A stretch of DNA of 64,000 nucleotides from Octopus vulgaris. Lineage: Eukaryota. Below the pieces are notes generated by a model. That model ran no database searches and was not told the DNA's origin. It was given only the letters and a program-made list of their open reading frames with translations. The stretch covers positions 37,758,001-37,822,000 of the forward strand of contig OX597814.1 of NCBI GenBank assembly GCA_951406725.2, given 5' to 3'. The position numbers and the translations under genes were made by a program. Shown in pieces: positions 1-13,379 of the stretch (the stretch's first letter is position 1; every line of letters begins with the position of its first letter).

Positions 1-459
1 AATTTTCTGAGCAAAGGCTTTGCTTCTTTGAGACATTTATTTTATTTCAGACTTGATAGGTGATGCTATACCAGGGGAATATATGCAGTGAAAGAGATAT
101 CCCGATATAGTTTGTTCATTTTCTACCAAACTTACGGGGGCCAAAAGTTTGAGCATAGACATCTTCTTGTGTATATATGTAGGTGTATGTATACATACAT
201 ACACACACAAACACAAACACACACGCACACACACACACACACAATTCACATATGAGATCCAATGATTCTCCGTGCAGAAGGCACTTAGTAGTGCTCAACA
301 ATTTCAAACTGAGATTCAACAGATCAATTCCATGGGGTAAAGAATGGCAATAAGTAAGATTAGGTTGAGTTGATATAGAAGTAATTATGCAGATAAACAA
401 ATTAGATATATTGGATATATTAGTTTGGGTATGAAACACAATATATATATATATATAAC

Positions 460-798
460 GCCACACCCTCTCTGTGCACCATATAACCGTCTTTCTCAAT
501 ATTTGATAGGTCCAACTCTGTTCTTTCGTCACGTCAGTAAATTTCTTTTCACCTAATTCTCTGCCCATCTTTTTTAGCGCCATTATCAGTTCTTCCTCCG
601 AAGAAGACAACTCAGAACCACCAAGGTCCGAGGAACACATTCCACCTTCTTCCACTAACCCACCCAACTCTCCCTAAAGCGGAGAGAAAGCACCACCAGC
701 AATACCGCTGCAAAGCAGCACAAAAGCGTTTCACAGAGTGTCAAAAAACGCCGACACAAAATTACAAATGTAAAAATAACTTACAAAAACTCAACTGA
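460..798 (-). mobile_element. 5' part of a second, truncated tandem copy of the ORF1-only (Tx1/L1-like) element
   Basis: Minus strand starts TCAGTTGAGTTTTTGTAAGTTATTTTT directly after the poly(A) of the copy at 799-2473 and matches that copy's 5' end (ctgctttgcagcggt..ctggtggtg; SELSSSEEELIMALKKM vs SEFSSEEEELVKAVYIM). Confidence 0.75.
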
Positions 799-2473
799 TT
801 ATTTTTTTTTTTGCCCACAAGTGGCCAACACAGATGGGATAATACAAAGACATGTGGGGACATATAACACAAAAATTAAAAATAAAATAAAATAAATAAA
901 TTGAATATCAACCAAATAAATATGATGGCATAAATAATGCCTTAAAAATGAAAAAAATGAAAATGTGCTACTAGCCCCACCTCTAGCAGCAACACTTACT
1001 TCATTCTGAATCCCGAATCCTTTAAAATGTCCACTCCGATTTTTTTTAAATTCCTCATAACTTACTTTTACCGGTATCCTTTTGAAGTTCACCTCAATCT
1101 TCCAATACTTAAAAACATTTTTTTAAAATTTTGTAGTCGCTTCCTTTTGGCTCTAAGAAACCAGCAGATATATGCGCCATTCCACAACACTAGTACATCC
1201 ATCAGCATCCACAAATTTTGCTGTCTTCCATCTTGTTACCTCATGTATCAGTTCCTCGTCTACATAATCTGTTAACACACATACATAGCTATTTTCCGAG
1301 GGGGTGGGATTTTATGAATCTACTGGTGTCTGTTTCTCTCTTTTTCTTTAATACATTGTGAAGGGAAAGAGTGGGTGGGTTTGGTCTCTGTGGGGAAAGG
1401 GCGGGTAGGGTGGGAATTGCTTAGGGTTCTACATCACACTGTTCTTTCTTCCTCTTTTTCCTTCTTTCCTCTACGACAGTCCATGATTCTTCCTTTTTCT
1501 TTTCTTTCATCTGTTCCTCCACTTGCGTCTTCTCCGACTCTTTATCCTCTTTTTCCAGGCTATGCTTCTGCAGAGGCCAGTTTGCTCAAATGTGGCTCTT
1601 TTGGCCACATTTAAAACAACGAGGTATTCTGCCCTCCACCCACGCTCTCAAGATTATGCCTTCTACAGTCACTGTCTCCTCCAAATTTTCCAAGGTTTCT
1701 ACTTCCGCCGAACAATGAGTTCTAATGCTTTCCCTTTCAATATCCTCTCTTCCGTTTCCGTTGCTTAGAGGGCGACCACTTCGGCTTCACTTCCAAAGAG
1801 CCGCAACCCAAGCCACATCTCTGGCGGGATTCCCTCTACCCTGATCGTAGATGTCCTCCGTCCAAGATACATGGTTAGAAGGACAACTTTATTCGATTTC
1901 ACCGTGTTTATGGCCAGCCTCCTCACAACTTCCTCCGTCCTGAACTGGGCCAACATCCGCCCCATATTTGTTTCCTCTTGTTAAAACACCACATCCTTAG
2001 ATACCGCACACAAAGCCGTCTCGATTGTTTCCGCCTCCACTTGGTCAACCTTCTTCTGTTCCACTGAATAAACTTTATATACAATAGTTTTTTTCTCTCA
2101 TCTCCTCCATAATTTTCTGTGGAAGCGACTTTACGTCACCACCTACTTTCTGTGCCATTTTTTGATAATCTTCCATTTTTTTCAAGTCCAGTTCATTGCT
2201 TTTTCACTCCGTCACCTTACCGAAGCTCTTTTTTCCTCGAGACTTTTGTCCATTATGTATACTGCCTTTACTAATTCTTCTTCTTCTGAGGAAAATTCTG
2301 ACCTGCTAAGTTCCGAATAAAATATATTTTTAGGCATTGTCATGGCTAACACTCCTGAAAGTGGAAATAAATCACCACCAGTAAAACCGCTGCAAAGCAG
2401 TGCAAAAACAATTCGCACAATACTCTGACACAATATTACAACTGTTAAAATAACTTACAAACAAACACTCAAA
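799..2473 (-). mobile_element. Non-autonomous retroelement with only a decayed ORF1/gag-like frame (RRM-like + CCHC zinc knuckle), 3' UTR and poly(A)
   Basis: Translations LAQFRTEEVVRRLA..LLTMYLGRRTSTIRVEGIPPE and VEGRIPRCFKCGQKSHI*ANWP (knuckle 1577-1618); A-tail at 801-812; homologous to 52760-54006. Confidence 0.75.
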
Positions 2474-2506
2474 GACGTGCCAACGATTCTGCCAGCTCTC
2501 TGCCCT
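2474..2506 (-). mobile_element. 5' head fragment of a tRNA-derived SINE
   Basis: Minus strand GGCAGAGAGCTGGCAGAATCGTTGGCACGTC matches the head of the SINE at 46558. Confidence 0.7.
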
Positions 2507-2667
2507 TTTACATACACACATACATATATATATATATATTTATATATATATATATATATTTTTTTTTTTTTCAATTATTCAATATAGCGTAGCAAAAAAT
2601 TCGATAGAAATTATTTTGCCACCAGCGGCCTAGTGAGAAAGAGCAAATAGTCAGAGACTATAAATAA

Positions 2668-2794
2668 ATTCAACAACAATTGAGGAACGACCACAATAAC
2701 CGTTCGACCCACTAGAAAGAGCGGTTGGAGACCTGGCTGCTCTTTCTAGTGGGTCGAACGACCTATTTTGGTCGTTCCTCAATTGTTGTTGAAT
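2668..2794. repeat. Foldback hairpin, ~55-bp arms
   Basis: attcaacaacaattgaggaacgacca..cgttcgacccactagaaagagc pairs with gctctttctagtgggtcgaacg..tggtcgttcctcaattgttgttgaat. Confidence 0.9.
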
Positions 2795-2889
2795 ATATAT
2801 ATATATATATACATATATTCATGTATGCGTATTCAAATATGTAAATCTTTTTGACTCACGTGTAACTCGTGCATGCAATTTATCGACAT

Positions 2890-3540
2890 CCTCACAAATC
2901 ACTTCAGTAGCCTCTTACAGTTGAGGAAACGAAGAGGAAGGACGACAGGACAGTTCTGCTTGAAAACAAATGACCTCTTTAATATCATGAACTTATTGAA
3001 GAGAAAATAGATGAGGCTGATAGTCATACTATTTATGCTATATTGATTGAAAAATATCATTTGGTAACGTTGAAGTCCCAGATGTTATTGAAACTCTTAT
3101 TGATCAGAGTGCATATCAAAATTATATACAAATTATTTGGAAAATCTATAGGCAAGGAGCATCAACAAGGTTTTGTCATTCAAAGATAAACGATCAGTAT
3201 TGAACGAAAAATTAACGTAGGGGATAAAATATCGCCCAACATCTTTCATGATTCACCAGAATGAGGCTTTGCCTAGATTAGTGTGGAGAAGAAAGGAATA
3301 AATATAAACGGCATATTTTAAATCATTTTGTGTCTGCCGTTGGCGATTTTGTCCTCTCACAAGACGATCACGACCTGGAACAAAATTACAATAACTCCAC
3401 TCTGAAATCGGTAAAGTGAGTCAATAAATATATACGAGATCTTGTGCCAAGCTCAGCGACCGTGTTACAAGTCATGGATGTGATCTATCTTACAATAATA
3501 TTTATCTTGGATAGGCATATAAAGAACGTAAAATGATGAA
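2890..3540 (+). mobile_element. Decayed RTE-type LINE reverse transcriptase fragment
   Basis: Frameshifted residues ISIERKINVGDKISPNIF and EKKGINING resemble RTE RT motifs (GVRQGDxISPxLF, GIxING). Confidence 0.65.
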
Positions 3541-3597
3541 TGCAACTGATGCTGCTATGTCATAAAAGCGACTACGACAATGACAACGCATCAGAGA

Positions 3598-3852
3598 GTA
3601 ATGGATAAATGATGATGATGATGAGGAGGAGGATGTGATGGGTAGTAGTTGTAGTTGTAGTAGAAGGAGGAGGAGATGGTGGTGCTGGAGGGGAAGTTGG
3701 ACCAGGTGGAGGAGTTGGAGGAGATGGAGGAGTTGGAGGAGGTGGCGGAGGGGAGGAGGAGAAGAGGAAAAGGAGGAGGTGAAGTGGAGGCAAGGGAAGG
3801 ATAATTTGTTGATGAGGATGATGTATATGATGATGGTGATGCGTTTATGATG
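3598..3852. repeat. Compound (GAT)/(GTA)/(GGA) trinucleotide low-complexity tract
   Basis: Seen directly; it explains three spurious ORFs. Confidence 0.9.
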
Positions 3853-3922
3853 CTGAATCTATGCAATATCTATGAGATGGCCATTTAAATCTTATGATAA
3901 AAACTAGAAATTCTACGCAATG

Positions 3923-4835
3923 TACAGGTCATCCCATAAATAATATCCCAACTTGTATATTTTAACATTGTAAAGGCTTTCCCTGTATTTTAGAATGTCG
4001 AATGGCATCATGTATTATTTACATATATTTGTACATATTTAAATTAATCAAATATCATTTTGCTCTACAAAGATGGAAGTAACTAAGGAGCATTTGAGGC
4101 ACATAATCCTCTATGCGTTTTAAAAAGGGAACTCTTCAGTTGTAGCGACAGGAAGTATTTACTCAGCTTATGAAGAAATGTACATCAATGAAAGGACTTC
4201 TAAAAGATGGTTTCTAAAATACAGAGATGGAGATTTCATCCTTGAAGTTGTCGCCCGAATAGGGCGCTCAATTGAGATTAATGACATGTTCTTTTGGCAA
4301 AACCTGAAAAAGATCATGCAATTTCAGTTGAAGACTTTATGGCCAGGCTTTGTACAAGCAATACAAATGTTCGCGGCCATCTGCAACGGCTTGCCAACGA
4401 CCCAAATCTCGAAAAATGTGTGCCACAGGATTTGTCGGAAGCCAACCGCAAATCCCGAGAGGACTTATTCTCATGAACTCATATTGCAGTTTTGGGACAG
4501 ACAGGAGACCGGTGATGAAAAATAGGTCTCTTACCAAAATGTTAAGCGTGAAGTGGAAAATGCCCAATGGCAAATACAAAGGGAAAACCATGCGAAGAGG
4601 ATTATTATATCTGTTTGTTGGAATTGCAAATAAGTCAGCCACTTTGAGTTGTTACCGAATAATGCAACAGTCACTGATCATATCTACTATCAGCAATTAG
4701 AGCGTTTGAACGCTGCTCTGAAGTAAAAACGGCATGCTGTACTGAATTAAAAGGTGATTGTTGTTTCATCAAGACGATGCAAGACCCCACACGGCAGAGA
4801 TGACATCACAGAAGATCGCGGATAATTGCTCAAAA
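3923..4835 (+). mobile_element. Mariner transposon relic (left end and frameshifted transposase)
   Basis: TA-CAGGTC terminus; ATG at 4073 MEVTKEHLRHIILYAF..ERTSKRWFLKYRDGDF; CVPQDLSEAN (WVPHEL-like); ELLPNNATV..YQQLERL; HQDDARPHTA. Confidence 0.9.
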
Positions 4836-5449
4836 GTTTTAGATTTACTCTTTTTGCAGTTTCCTCTTCTTTCGACGAGCCACGTGCACTTTGAAAAAAT
4901 ACTTTGCCACTAAACAAAGTGGTTCCAAATGAAAGCGCCTGTAATACTGTATAAAAGGAAGTTGTCAGCAATACCTACCCAATTGATTCGAACTTATTTA
5001 ATCGACTTCATAATGATGTAAAGAAAAATCACGTCATGATCAGTTTTTCACTTTCATCTACTGAAATCGGTTGTATTGTCAAATACCACACTGAAGACTC
5101 CTTCTTGTGCCTGAACCGCAATTTTGCCAATGGAAATATGTTTGATGAGCTTGTTGACAGTAAACCCTCTAAATATTGGCCATCCCGTTATTCGGAGTTG
5201 GTCTTCATTATCTATGGTTCAAATTGTTAAATGTTTCGTGGTTTATGGTGATTGTATTGTGTTTTTAAATATATGTATATTGCATGATTGCATTTCTTGG
5301 TATTCTAATTATCTTACGATAATAATTATATATGAATGTATGCATGTATGTACTTCTGTATGTTTATGTAATATGTTTGGTTATGTAGCATAAATGACAG
5401 TCATGCATTGTTTATTTTTCATTCAAAATATTAGCATGCAATATAACTC

Positions 5450-5712
5450 TTTACCTTTTATCTATTATTTACTTCAGTCATGGGTCAACGGCTGTGCTGG
5501 AGCACCGCTTTGGATGGATTTAGTCGCAAACATTGGCTCTAGTACTAATTTTTTATAGATAGGTACTTCTTATCCCTACCACTTATGTGAGACCACTAGG
5601 CTGGTATGTATGGCCGACTGCTGGTCTTCCGTAAACAACCTTACACGGAATCGTGCCTCTGAAGGGAACCTTCTAGGTGCAATCCCATGGTCATTCATAA
5701 CCGAAAGGGGGC
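5450..5712. mobile_element. SINE fragments
   Basis: cagtcat..ggctgtgctggagcaccgc segment shared with 39655 and 47060; the adjacent segment resembles a SINE tail. Confidence 0.55.
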
Positions 5713-6139
5713 ATATTTACCTGAAGAACTTTTTGTCATTACATTCCAAAATTAATAGGATAAGGTAATTAGAATTACCAGATATATTAGACAGCAGTAC
5801 ATGTATGCCGTGTACATTATAAAAAAAATAATAACGTGAACAGTAACACAGTAATTGGTCAAAGGAATTTCTATTTTAGAAGTAACAGTAGAAATGTGCT
5901 TCACCTTCTAATTTAATTATTTAATTATTAACATAAGAATAGTAGCTATGAATACAAATTCACAGTGGCTTAAATATATTGATGCTTCGATTAATGATGA
6001 AGGTTAATAAACTAGAAACAGCGTTGTCTATTTGATCGTATGTTTACAATCTGCAGCGAGGTTATATATAGTCCTGACAAAATGTTGCCATTTCCTCCTG
6101 TATCTGGCACATATATATTATATAGGTTTCGTCGTGCGA

Positions 6140-6580
6140 TGAGAAGTTTGCTTCCCAACCACATGATTTTGGGTTCAGTCTCACTGCGTAGAACATTGCG
6201 AATGTGTCTTCAGTAGTCCCAGGCCAAAAAAGTGATGCGAGCGAAAGTGGCAGATGGAAACGCAAAGATCACCGTCTCTCTCGCTCTCTCTCGCACTCTT
6301 TCTCTCACACACACACACATATATATGAACGTGTGAGTGTATATATGTATTTGTTTATGATTGTGTATCTATACCTGTGTGTCGTTGCATTTTAGTTCGT
6401 CCTTGATAACACCATGATAACTGGTGATATTTTGGCGTAGTTGTTTGACATAAGCGGTGGAGATAAGTACCAAGCTATAAAACCTCAGTTCTGAAACCAA
6501 TTCTTTCGACTAAATTCATTCAAAGCAGTACCCTAGCATAGACGTTGACCAATGACTGAAGTGAATAATAGATAAAAGAT
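6140..6580 (+). mobile_element. tRNA-derived SINE with internal CT/CA microsatellite
   Basis: aagtttgcttcccaaccacatgattttgggttcagtc head with B-box, and 3' aatgactgaa; homologous to 47040-47415 and 54007-54335. Confidence 0.8.
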
Positions 6581-7197
6581 GAAAAATTAATTTAGGAGCA
6601 TAGTTACTGCTAAAATCTTTGCGTATAGCCAATTATAAACATTAGATTGAAAATTAGCATTATCGGCCCATTGGTAATTTACGCAACACAACATAAGTTC
6701 GAAGAATCAGTGCAATTCAGCCGACTTCATTTAATGAAAAGCGCTACAACGGTGATTGAATAGAATTCAATAAGGATAACATTTACATTTACATTCTTCG
6801 ATTAATAATACAGTGTAGGAAATCCATGTCACCTTTTTGGTTCCACTTGAGCTGTAAACGATATGGTTTCGTAATGGAGATGACATACATTTACAATGAT
6901 CTTGGGCATTTACTAACCTTAATTAATTAATTTTAACTAATAGACGAATACGTGGCAAAAGTCCTGGATATGAATCTTAGATATCTTAAGTATAAGCATG
7001 CATTTTGTATTCACATCTTTCTGCCTGTATGCTAGCATGATAACTGTATTTTTGCAAGGTTAGTGAATAAAGACAAACAGGAAATATACTCGGTTCCGTA
7101 TCTGATAGGGAATTACTTGATAGTGAAAAACAATTCAGTACCTAAAGCATAATTAAACATATGTACCAATGTATGTATTTATACCCTCAACCACAAA

Positions 7198-7249
<52 letters not shown>

Positions 7250-7739
7250 AGAGTGAGATAAAGAGAGAGAGAGTATGTACTGTACCCTGATGGTAAGATC
7301 CGCCAAATTTTCTCCATCTGGCGAGAGTTCAGGAGATAGTGGCCTAGACTCAAAAGTTTGTCAGCTCAATCCGGAGAGGGATGTACTTTCCAGCTTGTCA
7401 ACAGGAACTTATCTATATGCTGACAACCACCGTAAAGCTTCGTCTAGAATTCAACAGTGTTAGAATTCTTATATCTGAAAAGGGTCTCGTTTCTTTCAGC
7501 TACGAATATCATACAATATTTTTGACCCGTTAACATATCGTGTGGAATTTTGGACTATTTTCCATATTTTATATGGTGTGGCGTTTCAACTAAAAGCCCA
7601 TATAAGGCTAACTAACTTAGTTGCTTTACTTTTTTTCCCTTGTGATTGACAGAAGATATTTGATTGGCATAGCAATTTTTCAAGTCCTCTTCACATAGTC
7701 CGATATAACTGTTATAAGTTGTGTTATCATTTATGCCTC

Positions 7740-8600
7740 ATGTATGATTAAATTGTACATCCCTGGTCGAGTAACCAGGTTCCTGAGTGTCGACAGTTAC
7801 AACTGGAAGTTAGAACTTGGTATTGTCACGTGTAACGATCCTTTCCATATTTGGGCAGTCATAACAACATTCGATGAACAGTATGAAATTTTCACTGAGC
7901 ACCTACCATGCTAACCACATATCTTCCTTCTAAAACTGGGACGAGCGAAATGCGACTAAGTTGGCTAGCCACATATGGAATTTGACATCGAGTACCACAA
8001 AACATACAATAAAGTGGAAAATAGTCCAAACATCCACACCATATGTTAACGGATAGAAAATATAAACTATGCTTAGCTGAAAAAAGTCACATCCTTTTCA
8101 GATCTAAGAAGTCTTACACACTGCTGAATTCTAGATCCGAAATTTTCGGCAGTTACAAGCATATGGCTAAGTCGCTGTTCACGAATTGAAAAGTACCACG
8201 CTCTGCGGAATGAGGAGATGTACCGCAGATCCTAGGTCACTATTCAGCTGTATATTTTATGTTCGAATATGAAAACACTATTTTCCCGCTTTTGCTAATT
8301 TCTATTTTTTCTTTGTTTTCCAGTTTTTCAACATTCCACCTTTTATACCTATTCTCGCCTTTTCTCCCATGCTACATCCTTTTTATAATTTCTTACGCCA
8401 TGTGGACATAAGCTGACGATTGCGCCAAATGTGATAACATTTATTATCTGGCATGCTTCCATTGCATGAGACCAATACTAGCGCATAAAAACATACTTTG
8501 TTTCACCTTTCAATAGTGTTGTATGTCGTACAATTTTTATTAGCTCTGGATGAATACTATGATTAGGAGCTACAACCCACAAAACACATTTACTAGTGCG
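7740..8600 (+). mobile_element. Penelope-like element 3' relic (GIY-YIG endonuclease C-terminus + pLTR)
   Basis: YANHISSF*NWDERNATKLASHIWNL..IKWKIV..KLCLAEK..LLNSRSEIFGSYKH across frameshifts, followed by a degenerate hammerhead at 8410-8498. Confidence 0.75.
8410..8498 (+). ncRNA. Degenerate type I hammerhead ribozyme
   Basis: aag CTGACGA t tgcgc..gcgca TAAAAACATA ctt; the GAAA and stem III are mutated. Confidence 0.45.
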
Positions 8601-9230
8601 AATATATTTGATTCATACAAAAAAAATGTTAACCGACGATCATAAAATAACAAATATTTAAATAAGGATATAACAGATGGCAAAACAGAATCCAACAGAT
8701 TCAACAGCTAAGCAGAGAAAGTCATCGATACAATAGCGCGTACATTTATATAAGCGTGCATGTATGTTTGTGTATATTTAAGAGGTCATATATTTAATAG
8801 AGTAAATATGGTACCAACCCAATAGCAGAATGTTACCAACATTATAAAATACATTAATCAAATCGTTGAAACTGAACCCCAATCCCACTGCGCGTTGTCA
8901 AGACAAAACCATCATTGGCTTAATTGAAATTTCTTTTCTAACAGCAGTTATAGTCATCGGTCTTGCTCATTATAAGTACTTGTACATACGACTGAATTAT
9001 ATTTGTAGTAATTCATTTTAATGAAATATACATTCCCATTTATGAATATGCTTTCAAATCTTAATACAGAATATTTTCCAAATATATGAAGGCATTTTGG
9101 AATCTGAAGTGCGGATTAATCATTTAAAATGACGAGAGAATTAAGAAAGCATATATCAAATTTTCGCGATAACAATTTTACACCAAATGTGAAAAATTTA
9201 ACATACATAAATACATACATACATGCATAC

Positions 9231-9309
<79 letters not shown>

Positions 9310-9340
9310 TATGCATATATACACACATACACACACACAA

Positions 9341-9378
<38 letters not shown>

Positions 9379-9379
9379 T

Positions 9380-9685
9380 AAAGGGGCACTCCGTCGGTTA
9401 CGACGACGAAGGCCCTCGGTGATACGATCAACGGAAGAGCTGGCTAGTGAAATTAACGTGCAAGTGGCTGAGCACTTCATAGACACGTATAATTTAAACG
9501 TAGTTCTCTGGGAGATTCAGCGTGACACAGAATCGGCCTATGGAATACAGGTACTACTCGTATTTTCCAGCTGAGTGAACTGGAGCAACATGATATAAAG
9601 TGTATTGCTGAAGTACTCGACGCGTCTCCTGGACTTTACGATCGTGAGTAGAACGCCCTAACCACTAAGCCACGTGCCTTCACAG
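9380..9685 (-). mobile_element. tRNA-derived SINE
   Basis: Minus-strand head AAGGCACGTGGCTTAGTGGTTAGGGCGTTCTACTCACGATCGTAA; same family as 55425-55700. Confidence 0.8.
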
Positions 9686-9819
9686 ACACACAGGCACAAA
9701 CATTCGCACACACACATACAGGTACACACTCAAACACGCACACATACATATAAGACATCATTCACAACTAACATTATTAAAACTGATATCTAGATAATTT
9801 AAAATATGCTTTAGTAAAA

Positions 9820-9855
<36 letters not shown>

Positions 9856-9909
9856 CTCTCTCTCTCTCGTTCTCTTTCTACCCTATACAATGAAAAATAC
9901 ATAGCTCCA

Positions 9910-10125
9910 GGAGTGCTCTAATCCCAGAGTTATAATCGGTGTGTGACCTGGGAATCCACATGAGTAATGCTGTAACTTTCCCCGTAATTTGGCGTTTCGG
10001 CAAAAGTGTACGATAGAATAAGTACTAGGCTTACAAACAATAAGTCCTGGGTTCGATTTCTTCAACTAAAGGTGGTGCTACACTATGGGCGCAGTCAAAT
10101 GTCTGAAACAAGAATGAAAAGAATG
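9910..10125 (+). mobile_element. SINE 3' half
   Basis: gatagaataagtactaggcttacaaacaataagtcctgggttcgat..gcagtcaaatgtctgaaacaag, shared with 54230-54330. Confidence 0.8.
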
Positions 10126-10128
10126 AGC

Positions 10129-10222
<94 letters not shown>

Positions 10223-10316
10223 ATCGATAGCTAGATAGCTAGATAGATTGATAGATATATATACATATATTTTATATATTCATACATATATATATGAAAT
10301 GAGAGAGAGATGGATG

Positions 10317-10366
<50 letters not shown>

Positions 10367-12370
10367 GAATGTACATACACACACATGTCCATACATACAG
10401 AAGCACACAAACGTGTTTATCCACATATTTTGTAATGCCAATATGAATATTTTCATCGTAGGAAAAGTGAATACTTTGTAAAGTTACTTACAAAAATGCT
10501 TTGATCAAGTAGTTCTAAGAAACCTCGTGGTATATATTAAACACCAACAGGAGATAATTGTTTCAATTGTATAGGGAAAAAAAGCTATCAAATGCAATTC
10601 CTTAACTATAATCGCATAACGAATTATAGAAAGCAGATTATTGTTGGGCTTTTTTCTACACAGAACTGTAAGTATATTTATATGCATAGGCAGGGATAAC
10701 ATATCGATCTTTAATATGAACGTGATAGACATATTCTTTTATTTATCAAAAAGTCACCTTTGAAATAGTAGATTTGCTTGAAGACATTGATTTCACGGTT
10801 AGTAGCAGTATATGATATGATGTTATGAAGCAGTGAAAATATCGGACAACTTATCACTTTAACAGTATTATTTTATCGTATTCAAAATGATTTAATGTTA
10901 TATGGCGTACATAAAATTAAGAGAAGCTGCAGGTTTGTCTGTTTGTAAGGTATCTAACATTCGATTAAACACTGATTCTGATATTTCTGTATTGAAGATT
11001 TTCTTTTCCTCGAGTAGCATGTATATTCTAATACAAACACCCATCATTATAAGCTTACTTCGTCAAAAGAGTTTAAAGTCGGCTAAGGAGTTAGAAATCT
11101 GCAAAACTAGAGAAGTCTACTGCTGATCTCTCTTACCGGTTCCATCAATATATTAAATGAACTGAAATCGTTAAGAAAATGTGCTTGATTTAAAGCCAGA
11201 GTATATATAAATTTTTAAATTGATATCACACGCTTAAATATGTGAAATATGCATAAAATATTTCGAGGAATATTAATTTGATTTTGTGTTCATCGAAACC
11301 AACCGTCAAGTGTCTTTTGGTTCATTTTCCATAATTTACACATTCAATATTATATTTGAAATCATACAATACCCAAGCGGCAATTGCAGTACATTTCTTA
11401 CTATGCATTTTTATGTTTAAATTTCATTCTCTAATAGCTTCTCTGTCAGAGGTTTTCTTTCGAGCAATTTCGCGCAATTGTATAAGAAAGGTATATGGCA
11501 TGATGTTGCTGCTGCTGTGTATTCTTGGCTATTTTTTCGTTGCTGTAATAATACTAAGAATAAAAAAATATGACTTTAAATTTCCTTTTATTAGATGGAA
11601 AAACTGGAGTGTTCATTGAAACGCAGTAGTCATGAATTAGTTAAAAAAAAATTTTAAACCTTAAAATTAAGTCTCTGTATCTATTCAATATGATCTTTAT
11701 TATTCGTTTTACATAATGATGTCGTAGTGAAAAGAAGTTGTATGCCATTCAAAAACAGCAAGTTTATGGAAACGAAAATTGTCTGCATAGTTATACAAAG
11801 AACGAAAATTAATTTCTGTGACTGTAATCAAATGGAGCATAGCTGAGAAAGATTTTTATTTAAAAATGTATATTATAGCGTGAGCAAATCCCTTCCAAAT
11901 CTAATAAGTAACAACTCTATATTTTCTTACTTTCCTCTTAGCAATTAATTCGAATTAGCAACAAAACTGACATTATCAAATTGTATGACTATGAAAAGGT
12001 TGGACTTGTTAAAAAATTGCAACTTGACTTGCGTTGACAGCGTACTTAACATCGAGGTCAGTAATTCATTCTGGTGCACACTCTATTTGAAAAAAAATGA
12101 ATGTACTCTTTCTTTAATATGGTATCCAGTAGTTTGATTACTGCTGCAAGAAGACAAAATAATTTTACAAACACACACGCAAAAAACATGAAAATCATGT
12201 ATATGTGATTTTTTTTATTAGCTCTTTTCGTAAGATTAAATTTTATTCACCTTCTCATAAGATCATATTTAGTTTATATTTTTTACAACGCCGTTCTACA
12301 ACACCTTTTAATACGATCGTAATTCTAAATGCCCCTCACTATCTCTCTCTCTCTCTCCCTCTCTCTCGCT

Positions 12371-12427
<57 letters not shown>

Positions 12428-12710
12428 TTATATACATAACTATAACAAGAGCTTGGCTTGCGCCTCACCACGCACTGAAAGGTAAACTTCAAAAGACACT
12501 GTTGCCACCATAAATTCTCCGAGAAAAGCACACTACATACAGGCTAGTAGAAGGAAGAAAATGAATTCATTTTCTTTCGTGTACTAGCCTAAATGTACTG
12601 TGTTTTTCTCGGAGAATTTATGAATTTATTGTAGCAACAGTGTCTTTGGGCGTCTATTTTTCAGTGTGTGGTGAGGCGCAAGCAAGGCCTTGTTATAATT
12701 ATGTATATAA
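12428..12710. repeat. Imperfect foldback, ~140-bp arms centred on GAATTC at 12563-12568
   Basis: Paired blocks gcttgcgcctcaccac/gtggtgaggcgcaagc, cataaattctccgagaaaa/ttttctcggagaatttatg, aggctagta/tactagcct. Confidence 0.9.
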
Positions 12711-13379
12711 TTATAAAATATTTATATTAATTTGCCTATGAGGTTTTATTTACGCGCTGACCACTTCGTAAAAATCATTTATGATTTTACCCATTATAAT
12801 AATAATAATAATTATTATTATTATGAATGTATATTTTTGTACATCTATTTAATCTCATTCGTCTACTTATATATGTTTATTAGATTCTTATATATTTATG
12901 TATTCATAGTTCCGAATTAATAACACGGCATTCAGGAATTCACGTAAACGCTTTATCTCCGACCAATCTAATCAGACCAAACATTCAAATCCCAGGAAAC
13001 GTGAAATTTTATTGTTTGCCCCCTACCCTTCTCTCTTCATGTCAAATCTTTACCGGAATATTTTTTTTTTTAATATTGAAAGAAATATTTACCTGAAAGT
13101 CATAAATACTATCCTATTTTTCATGCATCCGTTCTGAAATTGCCGTACTCTACTACTCCAACTTTAAGTTCAGTTATACCTTCGATTAATAGATCTAAAC
13201 TCAGACTTAGGAAATCTACTCACACAAATCTTTATAAAGAACATTATATCTCCAAAGCTGATATTAGTTCTAGGGTAAATATTACGCCAGCCACCCCTCC
13301 CACTGATGGTCGAGGGTGACGTAACTTCTAATAATCGGAAAACTAATGCCGATGCAGGGAGGAAGAACAAGTACTGTCG

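Noticed and set aside
9116-9574. ORFs rich in YI/HT/CV, and similar poly-Y/S/V/L/I ORFs at 15729-16330, 18913-19472 and 36301-36947
   Set aside because: Stop-free reading of microsatellites, not genes.
11438-11625. Two candidate small exons (11438-11490, 11595-11625) with AG/GT borders joining to FSVRGFLSSNFAQLYKKDGKTGVFIET
   Set aside because: No recognisable protein, a weak second donor, and likely by chance in AT-rich DNA; needs RNA-seq.
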